DNA of 53,202 bases from a virus (Duplodnaviria > Caudoviricetes): IMG/VR virus record IMGVR_UViG_3300009788_000121, positions 1 to 53,202 of that record; one strand, written 5' to 3'. The notes under the pieces were generated by a model. That model saw nothing but the letters and a program-made list of their open reading frames with translations, searched no databases and was not told the DNA's origin. Position 1 is the first letter of the stretch. Each line of letters opens with the position of its first letter. The position numbers and the translations under genes are program-made. Below are positions 1 through 10,843 of this stretch, one piece after another.

Positions 1-2854
1 CTAACAAAAATAAAGTTGGTTTAGTAAATGTATATCCTTCAGCAGTGGTATTACCTGGACTATCATCATCAAAGAATCCAAATCTAAAGTGACTACTTAA
101 AGCAGAACTTTTAACTCTATATTCAGTACCTGTTACAAGTCTAGTCATGTCAGATGTTTGATATAAACCAGCTAATCCTGTATCTCCACCAGTATAGTTA
201 GAAGGATGTAATACACCTACTGCTAAATACCATACTTCTGGTATCATCGTCGCGCCAGCATCAGATATAAAGTGAGCTGTAGAACTATCCGCAAAAGGTG
301 ATGTAACATCTTGAACAGTATTTTGTTGCCAAGCAAAAAATAATCCTTCTACAGTTCCTGAACTGATTTTCTTAACCCACATATATGACACATATGATGC
401 ATCTGGATCTAATACAAAATCTCTACCCCATTCAGAATACCATCCCGGAAATGCTCCATCTCCTACTATAGTTAGTGATTTTGGAAATTCTCCAAAAGGT
501 CCAGCTGTAGTAGTACTAAATGAAGTATTTCCAGTAACTCCATCTATCAAATTCCAATTCCCCATTGGATCTGTTATAGGTGAAGCCCACCCCTCATCTG
601 AAATTATAGTTAATCCAGAAGATGGTGGTTTAGTAGGTAAATAAGTTGTACCTAAGTCTACATCTGAATAAGCCCAAGCAGAACTTCTACCATTATAAGT
701 AGTTCCTCTAACTCTAAAATTATATACAGTAGTATCATCTATAAAGAGATCTTTTAATATAATCGGACCTTGAGTATTTTTTAGATGATTCGATACAATT
801 GATAAAGCAAATGTCCAATCAGTAACTCTAAGTGAAGGATCTGCATTACTAATATCAGTTACTATTCCATATTCTACTCTATAAGAATGTATATGAGCCC
901 TATCAATAGCATTTACTATAGATCCTCTATCAGCACTTTCCCATCTAATTAAAGTATTTATAGATGTTCCATTAATATCTTGATTAACTTGTTCCGATAT
1001 AGCTATATCAGGACTACTAGTTATCCAACTAGGAGCTAATACTACTCCGGTAGGATCATCAGCTATTAATCCTGAAATTAATTCGTGATCCGTTAAATTA
1101 GCATCCCCCTCATTCCAATCATATATTTCTTCAGATTCCTCAATCATAGTAACTGCAATAGTGAAATTTTCAGTATATTGCATATCTATAATTTTGAACT
1201 GTTTAAAATAAGGTGTAAAAGGACTAGATGGTCTGTTTTGTACCGTGTCATCTAAACCTAATCTATTAAAGAAACTTTCATTTGCATACTTAGAATTACT
1301 CAATATTTCTAAATATATATTGTCCCCTACAGAGAATTTAAGTATTTTTAAATTAGCTTCAAAACTAATAGACAAACCTTGACGTACTCTTTCTAATTGT
1401 ATTCTAGAAAGTCTTTGTGCTTCGAATTCGTGTATAGTATAAGGATAATCGAATTCTTTTATTATTTCTTCGCCATCAATTACTTCAAATGGATTACTTC
1501 CAGAACTATCAAGAGGACTTACTATAGCGAAATCAGAAGGTTCAAATAATGGAATATTAGCTGTAGTTTTAGGAAATCTAATATCGTATCCTATATTTAC
1601 AAATACACCCGCAGCCTTATTGAACAGTTGAGCTCTTGGAGTATGTGTTTGTATATTTAAAGGACCTACTATCATATCTTCATTGATAATATCATTTAAA
1701 GAATTTGGTGCTCTATACACCCCAGATCTTAGTCTATAAGTACCTTGAGAATAAGCTAATTCTCCACTACCTGAAGTTAATAAACCAGACATAATAGAAA
1801 TAGGTGTGGCACTAACTTCAAAAATACCATTAATAGTATATCTAGGATTTGTAATTAAATTAGGACTTGATAATCCCGTAGTTACTTCCGCAGAGGACTC
1901 AAGGAAAGATTGTATAGTAGCTGCCCAATCTACTTCTTGTAAAATTTCTCCAACTTCTACTTTAGCCCCTAAGCCCCAAGATTTATTTAATAGATAATCT
2001 AAACAACATAATGTCCAATCTTGAGAAAAAGTAAATGTATCTGGATCTGTCAGTACATGTGTACCAGTAGAATCCGCACCCTCTGCTACTAAATTAGCGT
2101 CTTGTTCTGGATTATATAGTCTTTTACCTTGTAGTAAGAATTTTAATTTAGGAAAACCGGAAAATACATCTCTATTAAACTTTAAACTAATCATTATATG
2201 AGCAACGTTAGTTAATTTATTTCCTGCTGCATATAAACCTGTTCCGGTATCTCTTGTAGAACCTGAAGGGCCCCCCCAAATGCTTTCTACATGAGTATCA
2301 ATAAGAGAAGTTTTTTGTCTATCTAAATCAGCATCACTGTCAGTTAATAAATGATCCGTTACATAAGTATTATCTGCATATCCCCAACCTAAATTTTTAA
2401 TAATTCTTACGTGTTGTACAGCTTCTCCCGTGCCAAACTTACCCGTATCTACCCAATAAAGAGAATCTAAATCATTAGTACCACTACTAGTATTAGTTCC
2501 CCCACCCGGTCCAGCTATATTTATAAACTCGCCTTCTATAAATACCCCTGTTATATCATCTAGAGGATGTCCAGCGAGCATAATGATCATGTTAAGTACT
2601 TCGTTTTCAGTACCTACAGTTTCTAAAAGAGCATAGGGCCCTCCTGCCATAGCTTCACCATAAACAACTCTTCTAGGTGCTATATTACTGCGAATAACAG
2701 TCTGCATACCTTTAGCACTTTTACCACTTTTAGGTACATCGGGGGCTAATAATTTTCCAAGTATAGCAGCAATAGCAAGATTGACTACTACAGTTACAAC
2801 TATAGCGGCAAAAGTTCCAGGTATTAGTAAAGCTACGACACTAAGAGGTACCAT
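1..2854 (-). CDS. Tail tip / central fibre protein (lambda J / Phage-tail_3-like), C-terminus beyond the window edge
   Basis: Absent from the ORF track because it runs off the edge. ATG at 2854 overlaps the upstream TAA (TAATG). Manual translation begins MVPLSVVALLIPGTFAAIVVTVVVNLAIAAILGKLLAPDVPK...IRSNIAPRRVVYGEAMAGG, the hydrophobic N-terminus plus 'PRRVVYG' typical of tail tip proteins. Follows Dit/hub/NlpC genes. Confidence 0.8.
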   Translation of the reverse strand, partial: MVPLSVVALLIPGTFAAIVVTVVVNLAIAAILGKLLAPDVPKSGKSAKGMQTVIRSNIAPRRVVYGEAMAGGPYALLETVGTENEVLNMIIMLAGHPLDDITGVFIEGEFINIAGPGGGTNTSSGTNDLDSLYWVDTGKFGTGEAVQHVRIIKNLGWGYADNTYVTDHLLTDSDADLDRQKTSLIDTHVESIWGGPSGSTRDTGTGLYAAGNKLTNVAHIMISLKFNRDVFSGFPKLKFLLQGKRLYNPEQDANLVAEGADSTGTHVLTDPDTFTFSQDWTLCCLDYLLNKSWGLGAKVEVGEILQEVDWAATIQSFLESSAEVTTGLSSPNLITNPRYTINGIFEVSATPISIMSGLLTSGSGELAYSQGTYRLRSGVYRAPNSLNDIINEDMIVGPLNIQTHTPRAQLFNKAAGVFVNIGYDIRFPKTTANIPLFEPSDFAIVSPLDSSGSNPFEVIDGEEIIKEFDYPYTIHEFEAQRLSRIQLERVRQGLSISFEANLKILKFSVGDNIYLEILSNSKYANESFFNRLGLDDTVQNRPSSPFTPYFKQFKIIDMQYTENFTIAVTMIEESEEIYDWNEGDANLTDHELISGLIADDPTGVVLAPSWITSSPDIAISEQVNQDINGTSINTLIRWESADRGSIVNAIDRAHIHSYRVEYGIVTDISNADPSLRVTDWTFALSIVSNHLKNTQGPIILKDLFIDDTTVYNFRVRGTTYNGRSSAWAYSDVDLGTTYLPTKPPSSGLTIISDEGWASPITDPMGNWNLIDGVTGNTSFSTTTAGPFGEFPKSLTIVGDGAFPGWYSEWGRDFVLDPDASYVSYMWVKKISSGTVEGLFFAWQQNTVQDVTSPFADSSTAHFISDAGATMIPEVWYLAVGVLHPSNYTGGDTGLAGLYQTSDMTRLVTGTEYRVKSSALSSHFRFGFFDDDSPGNTTAEGYTFTKPTLFLL

Positions 2855-3267
2855 TAATCGATACTCCAACTATAAATACAATCTTCAATAGGGCGAGTAA
2901 CTAAACCTTCTCCAAATTGTACAAAATATGCTTGAGCCCCATTACATATGCCCAATAAACCTTCTCCTTTTTCATTTACATAGTATACAGGTTCCCCCAA
3001 TTTTACATTAGATATATCTTTTTTAGGAGTAGCTAAAATAATACTTGGTAAATCTTCTACTTTTTTACACCCTAATTTTTTCATGGCCAATTTAGCTTCA
3101 CTATAATTATTATATTTAGATAATACCTTTCTCCAAGAATTAAAAGTTTTACCTGTATATTCTTCTATAACCATTATAGTAAATAGACAACAATCAAATT
3201 TACCCCAAGTAAAATTATAACTCTTATATTGATATATTATATCTGTGAGATTACGGTCTTTCAGCAC
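2854..3267 (-). CDS. NlpC/P60-like (DUF6950-type) tail assembly protein
   Basis: FTWGKFDCCLF motif; sits between hub and tail tip genes. GTG at 3267 with GGAGG upstream is a likelier start than 3327. Confidence 0.7.
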   Translation of the reverse strand: MLKDRNLTDIIYQYKSYNFTWGKFDCCLFTIMVIEEYTGKTFNSWRKVLSKYNNYSEAKLAMKKLGCKKVEDLPSIILATPKKDISNVKLGEPVYYVNEKGEGLLGICNGAQAYFVQFGEGLVTRPIEDCIYSWSID

Positions 3268-3916
3268 CTGGGTTAACCTCCGCATCAAAATCACCAATAC
3301 CACCATTACCACCTGATCCAGGATCAAGTATAGTTACACCACCCCAACTAATAGGTTTATTTTGTAAAGCTTGTACATATCTAAATCCAGTATCTGTAGG
3401 GTCTACATGTGTTTGTTGATACGCTTGATTAAATCTACCCCCACGAGGACGTTCCCAGTCTGCAAGTCTAGAAGTTGCATTTAAAGTAATAGTAGCTTTC
3501 TCTCCGAATTCTATATTACCAAAATCCATTCTTCCTGCAAATATAAGTACAGGTCCAGCTTGTCCCCCTTCTACTGCATAAGTTTCTTTATCTAATGTAG
3601 CATACCATAAGAATACTGGCTTACCTTGATACTCATTACTGAATATATCTGTTATAGAATCATTAGGTATACCAGACAATGATAATTGAATAGTTTGAGC
3701 AGCTAATTCTGTAGTTTCTGTAAGCACAGATAAACTAGCTAAATTACCTAACCCAGTATATTTTATTTCTCCACCACCTGCCTCATCCCAAAATATATCT
3801 TGATAAGAATTAGTATATCTAATAATGGGATCGAAATGCATTTTTGCAAGAATTACACCCGCAAAAGAACCACTATCAATTGAAGCTTGTGTTAAACTAT
3901 CTATTATTTTACTCAT
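3251..3916 (-). CDS. Minor tail / hub protein (gpL/DUF2163-like)
   Basis: 'YTGLGNLASLS', 'LSLSGIP', 'IFAGRMD' and 'PTDTGFRYV' pattern; synteny after Dit. Confidence 0.65.
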   Translation of the reverse strand: MSKIIDSLTQASIDSGSFAGVILAKMHFDPIIRYTNSYQDIFWDEAGGGEIKYTGLGNLASLSVLTETTELAAQTIQLSLSGIPNDSITDIFSNEYQGKPVFLWYATLDKETYAVEGGQAGPVLIFAGRMDFGNIEFGEKATITLNATSRLADWERPRGGRFNQAYQQTHVDPTDTGFRYVQALQNKPISWGGVTILDPGSGGNGGIGDFDAEVNPGAERP

Positions 3917-4518
3917 TGAAATATCTCTACAAAATCCATACTAATATCTTGCAAATGAATTTTACTTCTACTTGCCCAAGTACCTTGATCATCTGCTGTT
4001 AAGAAAAATACCCCTTTAGGATCTGTATATATTACAGATAAACCTATAAAATCTATACGTCTAATCATTGGTTCTATAACCACATCATAAGTATCTCCAC
4101 TAACTAAAGTAGAAGATATAACCATTTTTAATTCTCTTTGATCATCTGTACCTAATTGTAAGTAATCACCGGCAGAAAATTCAGGACTAGAAGCCCCAAG
4201 TGTAACTCTTACAAATCTAGGAGTGCTTGAGGTTTCTATAGTGGGTGAACCCGTAACTGCATTAAATGGTGAAGTATGTGTAATATCACCATAAAAGAAA
4301 ATACCTGAAGAACCCCTAAGTTCTAATAAGAAAGCTTTTAAATTAGCAGCTTCAAAAACTTCCATATCTCTAAAACTCATATTTCCTTTCCATCTCGCCC
4401 CCGGTAGTTCTACTGTCTGTGTCAAACCAGCTATTGTAGAAGTGGATATTTGTGTATTATATCTTATACCAAAATTTTGTATTTCAGGTGTTATTGTTGG
4501 AAAATTTAATATTGCCAT
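3913..4518 (-). CDS. Distal tail protein (Dit)-like
   Basis: 201 aa directly after the tape measure; 'TQTVELPGARWKG...FLLELRG' pattern. Confidence 0.65.
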   Translation of the reverse strand: MAILNFPTITPEIQNFGIRYNTQISTSTIAGLTQTVELPGARWKGNMSFRDMEVFEAANLKAFLLELRGSSGIFFYGDITHTSPFNAVTGSPTIETSSTPRFVRVTLGASSPEFSAGDYLQLGTDDQRELKMVISSTLVSGDTYDVVIEPMIRRIDFIGLSVIYTDPKGVFFLTADDQGTWASRSKIHLQDISMDFVEIFQ

Positions 4519-7500
4519 TATCTACGTCCTACCATTTTAGCGAATTTTCCGCCTCTGTTAATTTCTGAAAATACTCTATTGAATGTTCTATCTTCAATAG
4601 CTTTTGCTTCAGCTCTAAGTTGTGGTATTGCAGCAGTTGTTGCATTACTAAAATCAAAGTTTTGTTCAATATTAATAATATCCCCCTGAGATCCTGTTAA
4701 TTGAACTGGAATTTCTCTATTATTAGGTAGAGGTACTACAGCTTCGTTAGTTCTACCTTCACCTATAAATGCTAACGAAGGTCCATTAGTTATCGCTCCA
4801 GTGGCTAATTTAGGAATATTAGATAAACCACCCCTAGCTACGCCCCCAGTGCCAAAAGATATAGCACCAGTAATAGAACTTAAAATAGCATCACCAACTA
4901 TACCTTTTAAAAATGAATCTTTATCTGGGGCCAGAGCCGCTATTATTCTTTCGCCTACATCAACTGCAATAAAATTACTTTCACTTTGTAAGTTTTCTAT
5001 ATTCTTTATAACTTGATTACCTGAAATCTGGTCACGCTCTAATCTTCTTAATGTACCATTCATAAGTTGTTGTGCAAGTGTTTCTTCATTGCCCCCGCTT
5101 GTTGGTTGTTCACAACAACATTCTTTTTCAGCGTTAGCTATTAAAGCTATAGTATTTGCCTCTAGTGCTGTTGTTCCTGCTTCGGTAGCTTCTAAAGCTT
5201 TTTTAGCTGCTTCTTTTCTATCTTTTTCAGCTTGTGACTCTAAATTAAATACGGCAGATATAGCTTCCTTAATTCTAGTTTTTATAGCTTCCCCTATAAT
5301 TTCTCTTAAACCAGCCTTTAAAGTTTCAATAACTGCTCTACCGAAATCTTTTCCGCCTTCTAATAAGTTATCAACAGCAGCTCCAAAGGTTTTATCAATT
5401 ACTGTAGAAAAGCCTTCTCCAAGAATTTGAAAAGTAGTTTTTAATTTAAGAGCTTCATCTCTTACTTTACGTATAAAAAATTGTGCTGCTATCGCTAAAC
5501 CTTCTTTATCAAATATACTAACACCAGAATCTCTAGATTCTCTAGCTAATATAAATAAATCTTGTCTAGCTAATTCAGCTGTTTGTCTTTCTAATAATTC
5601 TAATTGAGCTTGTAAAGGTAATAATGATCTAGCCTCTAACTCTCCAATTAATATTTTAGCTTCTACTATGTCTATTTCTCTAATTAGTTTTTGTTCAGCT
5701 ATTTTTAAAGTTTGCTTTTGTAGATCAAAAGATTCTCTTAATAATTGAGTATCTTTTTCTAGATTAGGACTAAGTTTAATGTTTATGCTAGCAATTTTCT
5801 TTTTTATATCATTTTCTTGTTTTAAAGCATCTAATATTTCTATTTGTATTTTTAAACTTTCTTGTTCTGATTTAGTACTATCCTTTATTTGTTCTACTCT
5901 TTGAGCCTGTTGTGTTATTTGTGCCTCTAAAACATCTACAATAGCTTTTTGAACAGCTAACTCTAATTCTGTTATCCCAGGACTTATTGTTTTAAAATCT
6001 AATATAGCTTGTTGTTTATCTCTAGTACTTTCTAATGCTTTTAATTGTCCTTTTGCCACTCTTATTTCTAGATTTTCTATAGCTACTAAATTTTCTATAC
6101 GTTGTTCATCTGATCTAATTTCTGTAGCTTTTAAAGTACTTATTTCAACTTGTAATGCTTTTAATCGCTGTGCTCCTAATAATCTAGATCTATTAGCATC
6201 TGCAAATTTATTTACTATATCAGCAGCAGCATCTGCTGCTTCTCTAATATTAGCAGGATCAATTTCACCTATTAAACGTTTTACATTTTCTAATGTTTCA
6301 GGTTTTACAAATACATCTTCTAATTGTACATTTTGACCTTGTTCTTGTAAATCAGCTAGATTTTTTAATAATCTTTCAGCAGTTAAGGCGAAACTGAATA
6401 ATTCTTTATCTGGCCCCGATGAAGCTCTAGCTTTATCTAAACCTAAAACGAATGTATCAATATTACCATTCAATTCTCTTAAACTTCTTCCCGCCGATGC
6501 TGATTGAGCAGATATACCTCCAAATGTTTCGGCAGTAACTTTAATAGCCCCAGAAAATGCTTGTTGTATTTCAGCAGCAATTTCAGGGAATCTACTAGTT
6601 AATCTCTTAAGAACAGTTTCAATTGCTCCTTGATCTCCAGTAGCTAATGCCTCATCTATTTTAAATAACTCAGCTAAAGCAATTACCTGTTGAGGAAGCT
6701 TTATACCTTCTATTTCAAGACTTTTTTCCAATTCTTTTTTAAATACTTCTCCTACCCCTTGAAAACCTACCTGAGAAGCAAGCCTAGCTGTTTTAGCTAA
6801 AGTATTAGCTAATCTAGTTATCAATATACCATCTAATTCTTCTAAAACTTTTATTAAAGATTTTAATTCTTCTTCCATTATAGAAACTTCTTCTTCCGCT
6901 TCTCTAGTGGAAAATATGAAACCTGCCCACATATTTACTGTTAGTAATTCTTTATTTTGTTCTATAGATATACGTGTACTATCAATTTTTAATCCTAATT
7001 GCTGAACTCTATCTCTAGCTTCTACAATTGTTCTTCCACCTAAAGATTCAATTAATACAGTTCTAAATTCTGATAAAGCTTCATTTATAGAACCAAAAGT
7101 TCCTGCAGTAAATCTTAAAGCATCTTCTAATTTTTTCAAACTTTCAGGTAACTCAACACCTAATTTTTCAATACCTTTAGCAGTTCTTTTATTAATTTCT
7201 GCTAAAGATTCATCTAATTGTTTTCCCGCATCAATTACTTTTCTTAACTCGGGTGTTATTCCTCTAATAGAATCCCCAAATTTATCCCATAAAGTTGCAA
7301 GCACAGCTACTACTATAGAAATAATACCTAATGAACTAACTACTCTTGATAGGGCTCCAGCTATAACTCCAGCTGTTCTACCTACTGCTCTACCTAAAGC
7401 AAGAAAAGCTATTTGTAATCCTTTAGTTTGAGTAGTAGCACGTACAGCAAAAAATGCCCAAGCTCTACCCATACTCTTAACACCTGCTATAAAATTAGTT

Positions 7501-8996
7501 TGAGTAGTATTAAAAGTGCGTGAAAATCCAGTTAAAACTCTAGAATTAAAAGAAGTTAAAGACGCTTTAAATAATGTAGTTTGAGTTTTAATAAGTGCTA
7601 AACTTCGTCTTACCGTTTGATTATGGGCATCTTGCGCTTTAGTTAAATTAATAACAGAAGCTGCTCCCTTTCTTTGAGCTTCAGCTAATAAAATTCTAAT
7701 ATTTAATTGATTTTTTAAAGTTTGAGTTGGTATCCCTACAAGAGCTGCACTACGTTTACCTACAGTTAAACCCGCTCTAATATTAATTTCTTTAGTAAGA
7801 GCTTGTCTTTCTACAAGTAATCTTTCAGCACTTAATTTTTTTTGATTATTTAATAAATTTTGACTAAAACTTTTAGCATCAAGTAATTGTGTAGCATAAA
7901 ACTTTTTAAATAACTTAGCTCTAGCTAATAATTGTACTTTAGTTAAACCTACAACTTTACGATTAGCTTCTAAAAGAACTTTTGTCTCCTGAGTTTTAGC
8001 TTTAGCTACAGCAGCCAGAGCTTGACTTGTAGATGTAACACTTAATTGTTGAGCAGCTGCTAAACCAGCTGTAATAGTAGGTATTAATCTTTTACCAACT
8101 AAACCAATTAATCCAGCAATTAAAGCACCGGCTGCAATCTTAGATTTATTAAAACTATTTATTAAAGGGGTTAAACCATCTGTTATAAAAGTTGCCATAA
8201 CATCCTTTAAATCAGTAACTGTTGTCAATAACTGTTGAAAAGGATTTGGATCAATATCTACTTGATCAAATACATTTTGACTTTCTTTTATAGTAGCTCG
8301 AACAATAGCTTGTTGTCTATCAAAAGCAGATAATTCTAAAGCTGTCTTACCTATTGTTGCCCCATATTCCTTATAAGCTTGTTCAGTTTTTATAATAACA
8401 CCTAGAGTTTGAATAATTTCCACTCGTCCACGTTGTGAAGCACTAATAAATCTATTTAAAGCTTCAGTTGCAGAGCCTCCAAAAGTTTGTGCAGCCTTAG
8501 TAGCGGCAACAGCTAATTCTTCCATTTGCTTTTCGCCTAAACCAGCAGAGATACCTTTATTAATTACAGGTAAAGCCGCCGCAAAACTAAGTGCTCCTCC
8601 TGTAGCCTCTTGTAGTCTTTTAGTAATAGTTACAACACTAAGTCCAAATCTATTACTAAAATCCTCAGAAGATTTAATCATACTAGATAAATCAGCTGCA
8701 CGACGTAATATTAAAAAAGCTGAACTTAAAGCAAACACATTAGCTGCAACAGTAGCATAGACCGCTACTAGCCCGCCCATACCTTGAGCCATTCTTCCAA
8801 AATCTTTATTAGTCCTGTTTGCTCGTCCAGATACACCTTCAAGATTTCTCTTTACCTCATTAACTCGTTTACTAACGCCAGACGATTGTTCTTTAACATT
8901 ACCCATAGTTTTATTAAGGCGCTTCAGTTCCTTTTCAGCACGTTTAATACCTTTTTGAGTTAAATCAATCCTTAATGTTACTACCTTATCTGCCAC
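4518..8996 (-). CDS. Tape measure protein (T5 pb2-like)
   Basis: 1492 aa, Ala/Leu/Lys/Gln-rich helical; N-terminal 'GGLVAVYATVAANVFALSSAF' resembles pb2; central hydrophobic segments; follows the chaperones. Confidence 0.9.
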   Translation of the reverse strand: MADKVVTLRIDLTQKGIKRAEKELKRLNKTMGNVKEQSSGVSKRVNEVKRNLEGVSGRANRTNKDFGRMAQGMGGLVAVYATVAANVFALSSAFLILRRAADLSSMIKSSEDFSNRFGLSVVTITKRLQEATGGALSFAAALPVINKGISAGLGEKQMEELAVAATKAAQTFGGSATEALNRFISASQRGRVEIIQTLGVIIKTEQAYKEYGATIGKTALELSAFDRQQAIVRATIKESQNVFDQVDIDPNPFQQLLTTVTDLKDVMATFITDGLTPLINSFNKSKIAAGALIAGLIGLVGKRLIPTITAGLAAAQQLSVTSTSQALAAVAKAKTQETKVLLEANRKVVGLTKVQLLARAKLFKKFYATQLLDAKSFSQNLLNNQKKLSAERLLVERQALTKEINIRAGLTVGKRSAALVGIPTQTLKNQLNIRILLAEAQRKGAASVINLTKAQDAHNQTVRRSLALIKTQTTLFKASLTSFNSRVLTGFSRTFNTTQTNFIAGVKSMGRAWAFFAVRATTQTKGLQIAFLALGRAVGRTAGVIAGALSRVVSSLGIISIVVAVLATLWDKFGDSIRGITPELRKVIDAGKQLDESLAEINKRTAKGIEKLGVELPESLKKLEDALRFTAGTFGSINEALSEFRTVLIESLGGRTIVEARDRVQQLGLKIDSTRISIEQNKELLTVNMWAGFIFSTREAEEEVSIMEEELKSLIKVLEELDGILITRLANTLAKTARLASQVGFQGVGEVFKKELEKSLEIEGIKLPQQVIALAELFKIDEALATGDQGAIETVLKRLTSRFPEIAAEIQQAFSGAIKVTAETFGGISAQSASAGRSLRELNGNIDTFVLGLDKARASSGPDKELFSFALTAERLLKNLADLQEQGQNVQLEDVFVKPETLENVKRLIGEIDPANIREAADAAADIVNKFADANRSRLLGAQRLKALQVEISTLKATEIRSDEQRIENLVAIENLEIRVAKGQLKALESTRDKQQAILDFKTISPGITELELAVQKAIVDVLEAQITQQAQRVEQIKDSTKSEQESLKIQIEILDALKQENDIKKKIASINIKLSPNLEKDTQLLRESFDLQKQTLKIAEQKLIREIDIVEAKILIGELEARSLLPLQAQLELLERQTAELARQDLFILARESRDSGVSIFDKEGLAIAAQFFIRKVRDEALKLKTTFQILGEGFSTVIDKTFGAAVDNLLEGGKDFGRAVIETLKAGLREIIGEAIKTRIKEAISAVFNLESQAEKDRKEAAKKALEATEAGTTALEANTIALIANAEKECCCEQPTSGGNEETLAQQLMNGTLRRLERDQISGNQVIKNIENLQSESNFIAVDVGERIIAALAPDKDSFLKGIVGDAILSSITGAISFGTGGVARGGLSNIPKLATGAITNGPSLAFIGEGRTNEAVVPLPNNREIPVQLTGSQGDIINIEQNFDFSNATTAAIPQLRAEAKAIEDRTFNRVFSEINRGGKFAKMVGRR

Positions 8997-9390
8997 TAGG
9001 TGCTCCCTTAGATCTGGCTTTAATTTGTTCTGCTACATCTTTTGCAACAAAATTATCTATGATCGGAATAATATCCCAAGCATATCTTCTAATATAATTT
9101 TCAGTATTATATTCGTCGAACAGTATAGGTAATAGCATTAGTTCTTTGCCTAAGTATTGACCCGAAAAACTCTCCCATCTAGAAGGTAATTTATCATACA
9201 TATCTAATACCATTTGAGTTTCTATATATAAATCATATCTATCTACAGGAACCTGTGCTTCATCTGGTTCAGTATTTAACATCTCACACATTTCATAATA
9301 TTGTACTTTTGTTAAACCTGAACCTGATTCAGTTATATAACTTTTTAATCTTTCGATTTCTCTATCGTACTGTTCGATGAAAAGTTTCCC
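8986..9390 (-). CDS. Tail assembly chaperone C-terminal extension (gpT-like; T5 p138-like), probably reached by -1 frameshift
   Basis: -1 frame ORF overlapping the end of 9345..9770, entered at the GGGAAAC heptamer. Confidence 0.75.
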   Translation of the reverse strand, partial: GKLFIEQYDREIERLKSYITESGSGLTKVQYYEMCEMLNTEPDEAQVPVDRYDLYIETQMVLDMYDKLPSRWESFSGQYLGKELMLLPILFDEYNTENYIRRYAWDIIPIIDNFVAKDVAEQIKARSKGAPSGR

Positions 9391-9770
9391 AGGTCTGATA
9401 AAACCTCTGTTACCCAATTATCAAATATAGTACTTGATCGCATTAATTCTAAAGCATTATAATCAGAAAAAGCTAATTCCTTTTCAAGATCATCTCCTAC
9501 ATCTGCTAAAACTAATTCTTTAACATATTTTACTTTGAAACCTTTCCAACCTTTTACTATAGATTTTACATATAGTTCTAAAAACATTTCATCATCAAAT
9601 TCATCAATTGCTTGACGGGTTTTTGTATCAAATTTTGTTTTTTGACATTTTTTATATAAAGCCTGGTTGCTTTCTTTTGACAAATACGCTAAGTCAAAAG
9701 TTAAACCCTCGCATCCAGGAAAATCAAAAGTCACTACCTTTTCAGATAGTAACATACTCTTTAAATCCAT
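9345..9770 (-). CDS. Tail assembly chaperone (gpG-like; T5 p139-like)
   Basis: 'VKGWKGFK' motif; lies between tail tube genes and the tape measure. Confidence 0.8.
   Translation of the reverse strand: MDLKSMLLSEKVVTFDFPGCEGLTFDLAYLSKESNQALYKKCQKTKFDTKTRQAIDEFDDEMFLELYVKSIVKGWKGFKVKYVKELVLADVGDDLEKELAFSDYNALELMRSSTIFDNWVTEVLSDLGNFSSNSTIEKSKD
9384..9390 (-). promoter_or_regulatory. -1 ribosomal frameshift slippery site G GGA AAC
   Basis: CTG GGA AAC TTT in the chaperone frame is an X XXY YYZ heptamer; the -1 frame continues GKLFIEQYDRE. Confidence 0.8.
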
Positions 9771-9783
9771 GGTGAATCACCTC

Positions 9784-10794
9784 TTATGGCATATTATAAA
9801 CAACTGTACTATAGTTACCAGATTCTTCTTTTGCGACGAATTGAATATCTAGTGATATTATATCTCTAAAAATTTGTCTGGGAATTTGTAATAAAGTTTG
9901 TGGTATATTTAATTGTAAACTAGGAGCAGTTGCTCCGCCTACATTTATTGTTATATCAGCTAAATGAGTACTTTCATAAGTATCTGTTGCTGCATTAGTA
10001 TTAATAGCGTTAAATAGATCTACTGTTTCATTTGTACCTGATTTCATATAGAAAGTTAAACTTCCACTTATTCTTCTGTTTCCTGTAAAATGTCCTATTG
10101 GAATAGTAGTTTTTCCTAATATATTTCTACCAAAAAATATATTATTATTACTAAATCTTATAGTTCCCCCTATCAATGCTAATGTATAAGCTATTGAATT
10201 CATTGTCAAAGCAATTGTAGATAGTTTATTCTTTAAAAAATTATTAGCAGTAGTTCTGTCTGTTGATGTGGGTGGAGTATTGTCCTCAGTTATACTTAAT
10301 GCTTGTCCAGACCAACGTATTTCAACTATATTATTTATATCGAAACTAATATCAGCTGAATCAACAACTGCATTGTCTAATCTGTAATTTCCTTCGGATT
10401 GATTTGGTTGATCGAACCATAAAGTGAGATTTCGCAAAGTTGCTACATTTCCATTAGCAAAATCTATAGTAGAGCTAGTAGAGTTACTAGTCAGAGAGTC
10501 TACCCCCATTAAACTTACCCATAAATATTCTTCTGGGCTTGTAACATTAGTATCTACCAAAGGTAAAACATAAGTTACAAAAGTAAACCGAACTGGGGAT
10601 ACCGCCGAAATGTGTGGCGCTAAAGTTCTGGTTTGTTCAGGATCTAATGTATTTCTTCCTACCGCGTCTAACCTACTATCTTTAACATAAGAAAAATCTC
10701 TTACTTTCAATTGCACCGTATTAGTTGCATCTGCACTAGCGTTCGGATTTTTTGAAATGTATATGTCAGTATCGCGTTTGAAAAAAACAGCCAT
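9784..10794 (-). CDS. Baseplate-proximal tube protein (T5 p140-like), paralogue of the major tube protein
   Basis: Shares motifs with 10844..12061 (KNKLSTI / RNKLSTV; GHFTGNRRISG / GHFTGQRTVSG); T5 gene order. Confidence 0.8.
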   Translation of the reverse strand: MAVFFKRDTDIYISKNPNASADATNTVQLKVRDFSYVKDSRLDAVGRNTLDPEQTRTLAPHISAVSPVRFTFVTYVLPLVDTNVTSPEEYLWVSLMGVDSLTSNSTSSTIDFANGNVATLRNLTLWFDQPNQSEGNYRLDNAVVDSADISFDINNIVEIRWSGQALSITEDNTPPTSTDRTTANNFLKNKLSTIALTMNSIAYTLALIGGTIRFSNNNIFFGRNILGKTTIPIGHFTGNRRISGSLTFYMKSGTNETVDLFNAINTNAATDTYESTHLADITINVGGATAPSLQLNIPQTLLQIPRQIFRDIISLDIQFVAKEESGNYSTVVYNMP

Positions 10795-10810
10795 TATTAT
10801 CCCTTATTAA

Positions 10811-10837
10811 AGTGGGTGGAAGAAGCTCCCACCCACT
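10811..10837 (-). terminator. Hairpin after the major tail tube gene
   Basis: AGTGGGTGG / CCACCCACT 9-bp inverted repeat; weak U-tract. Confidence 0.55.
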
Positions 10838-10843
10838 AATTCA

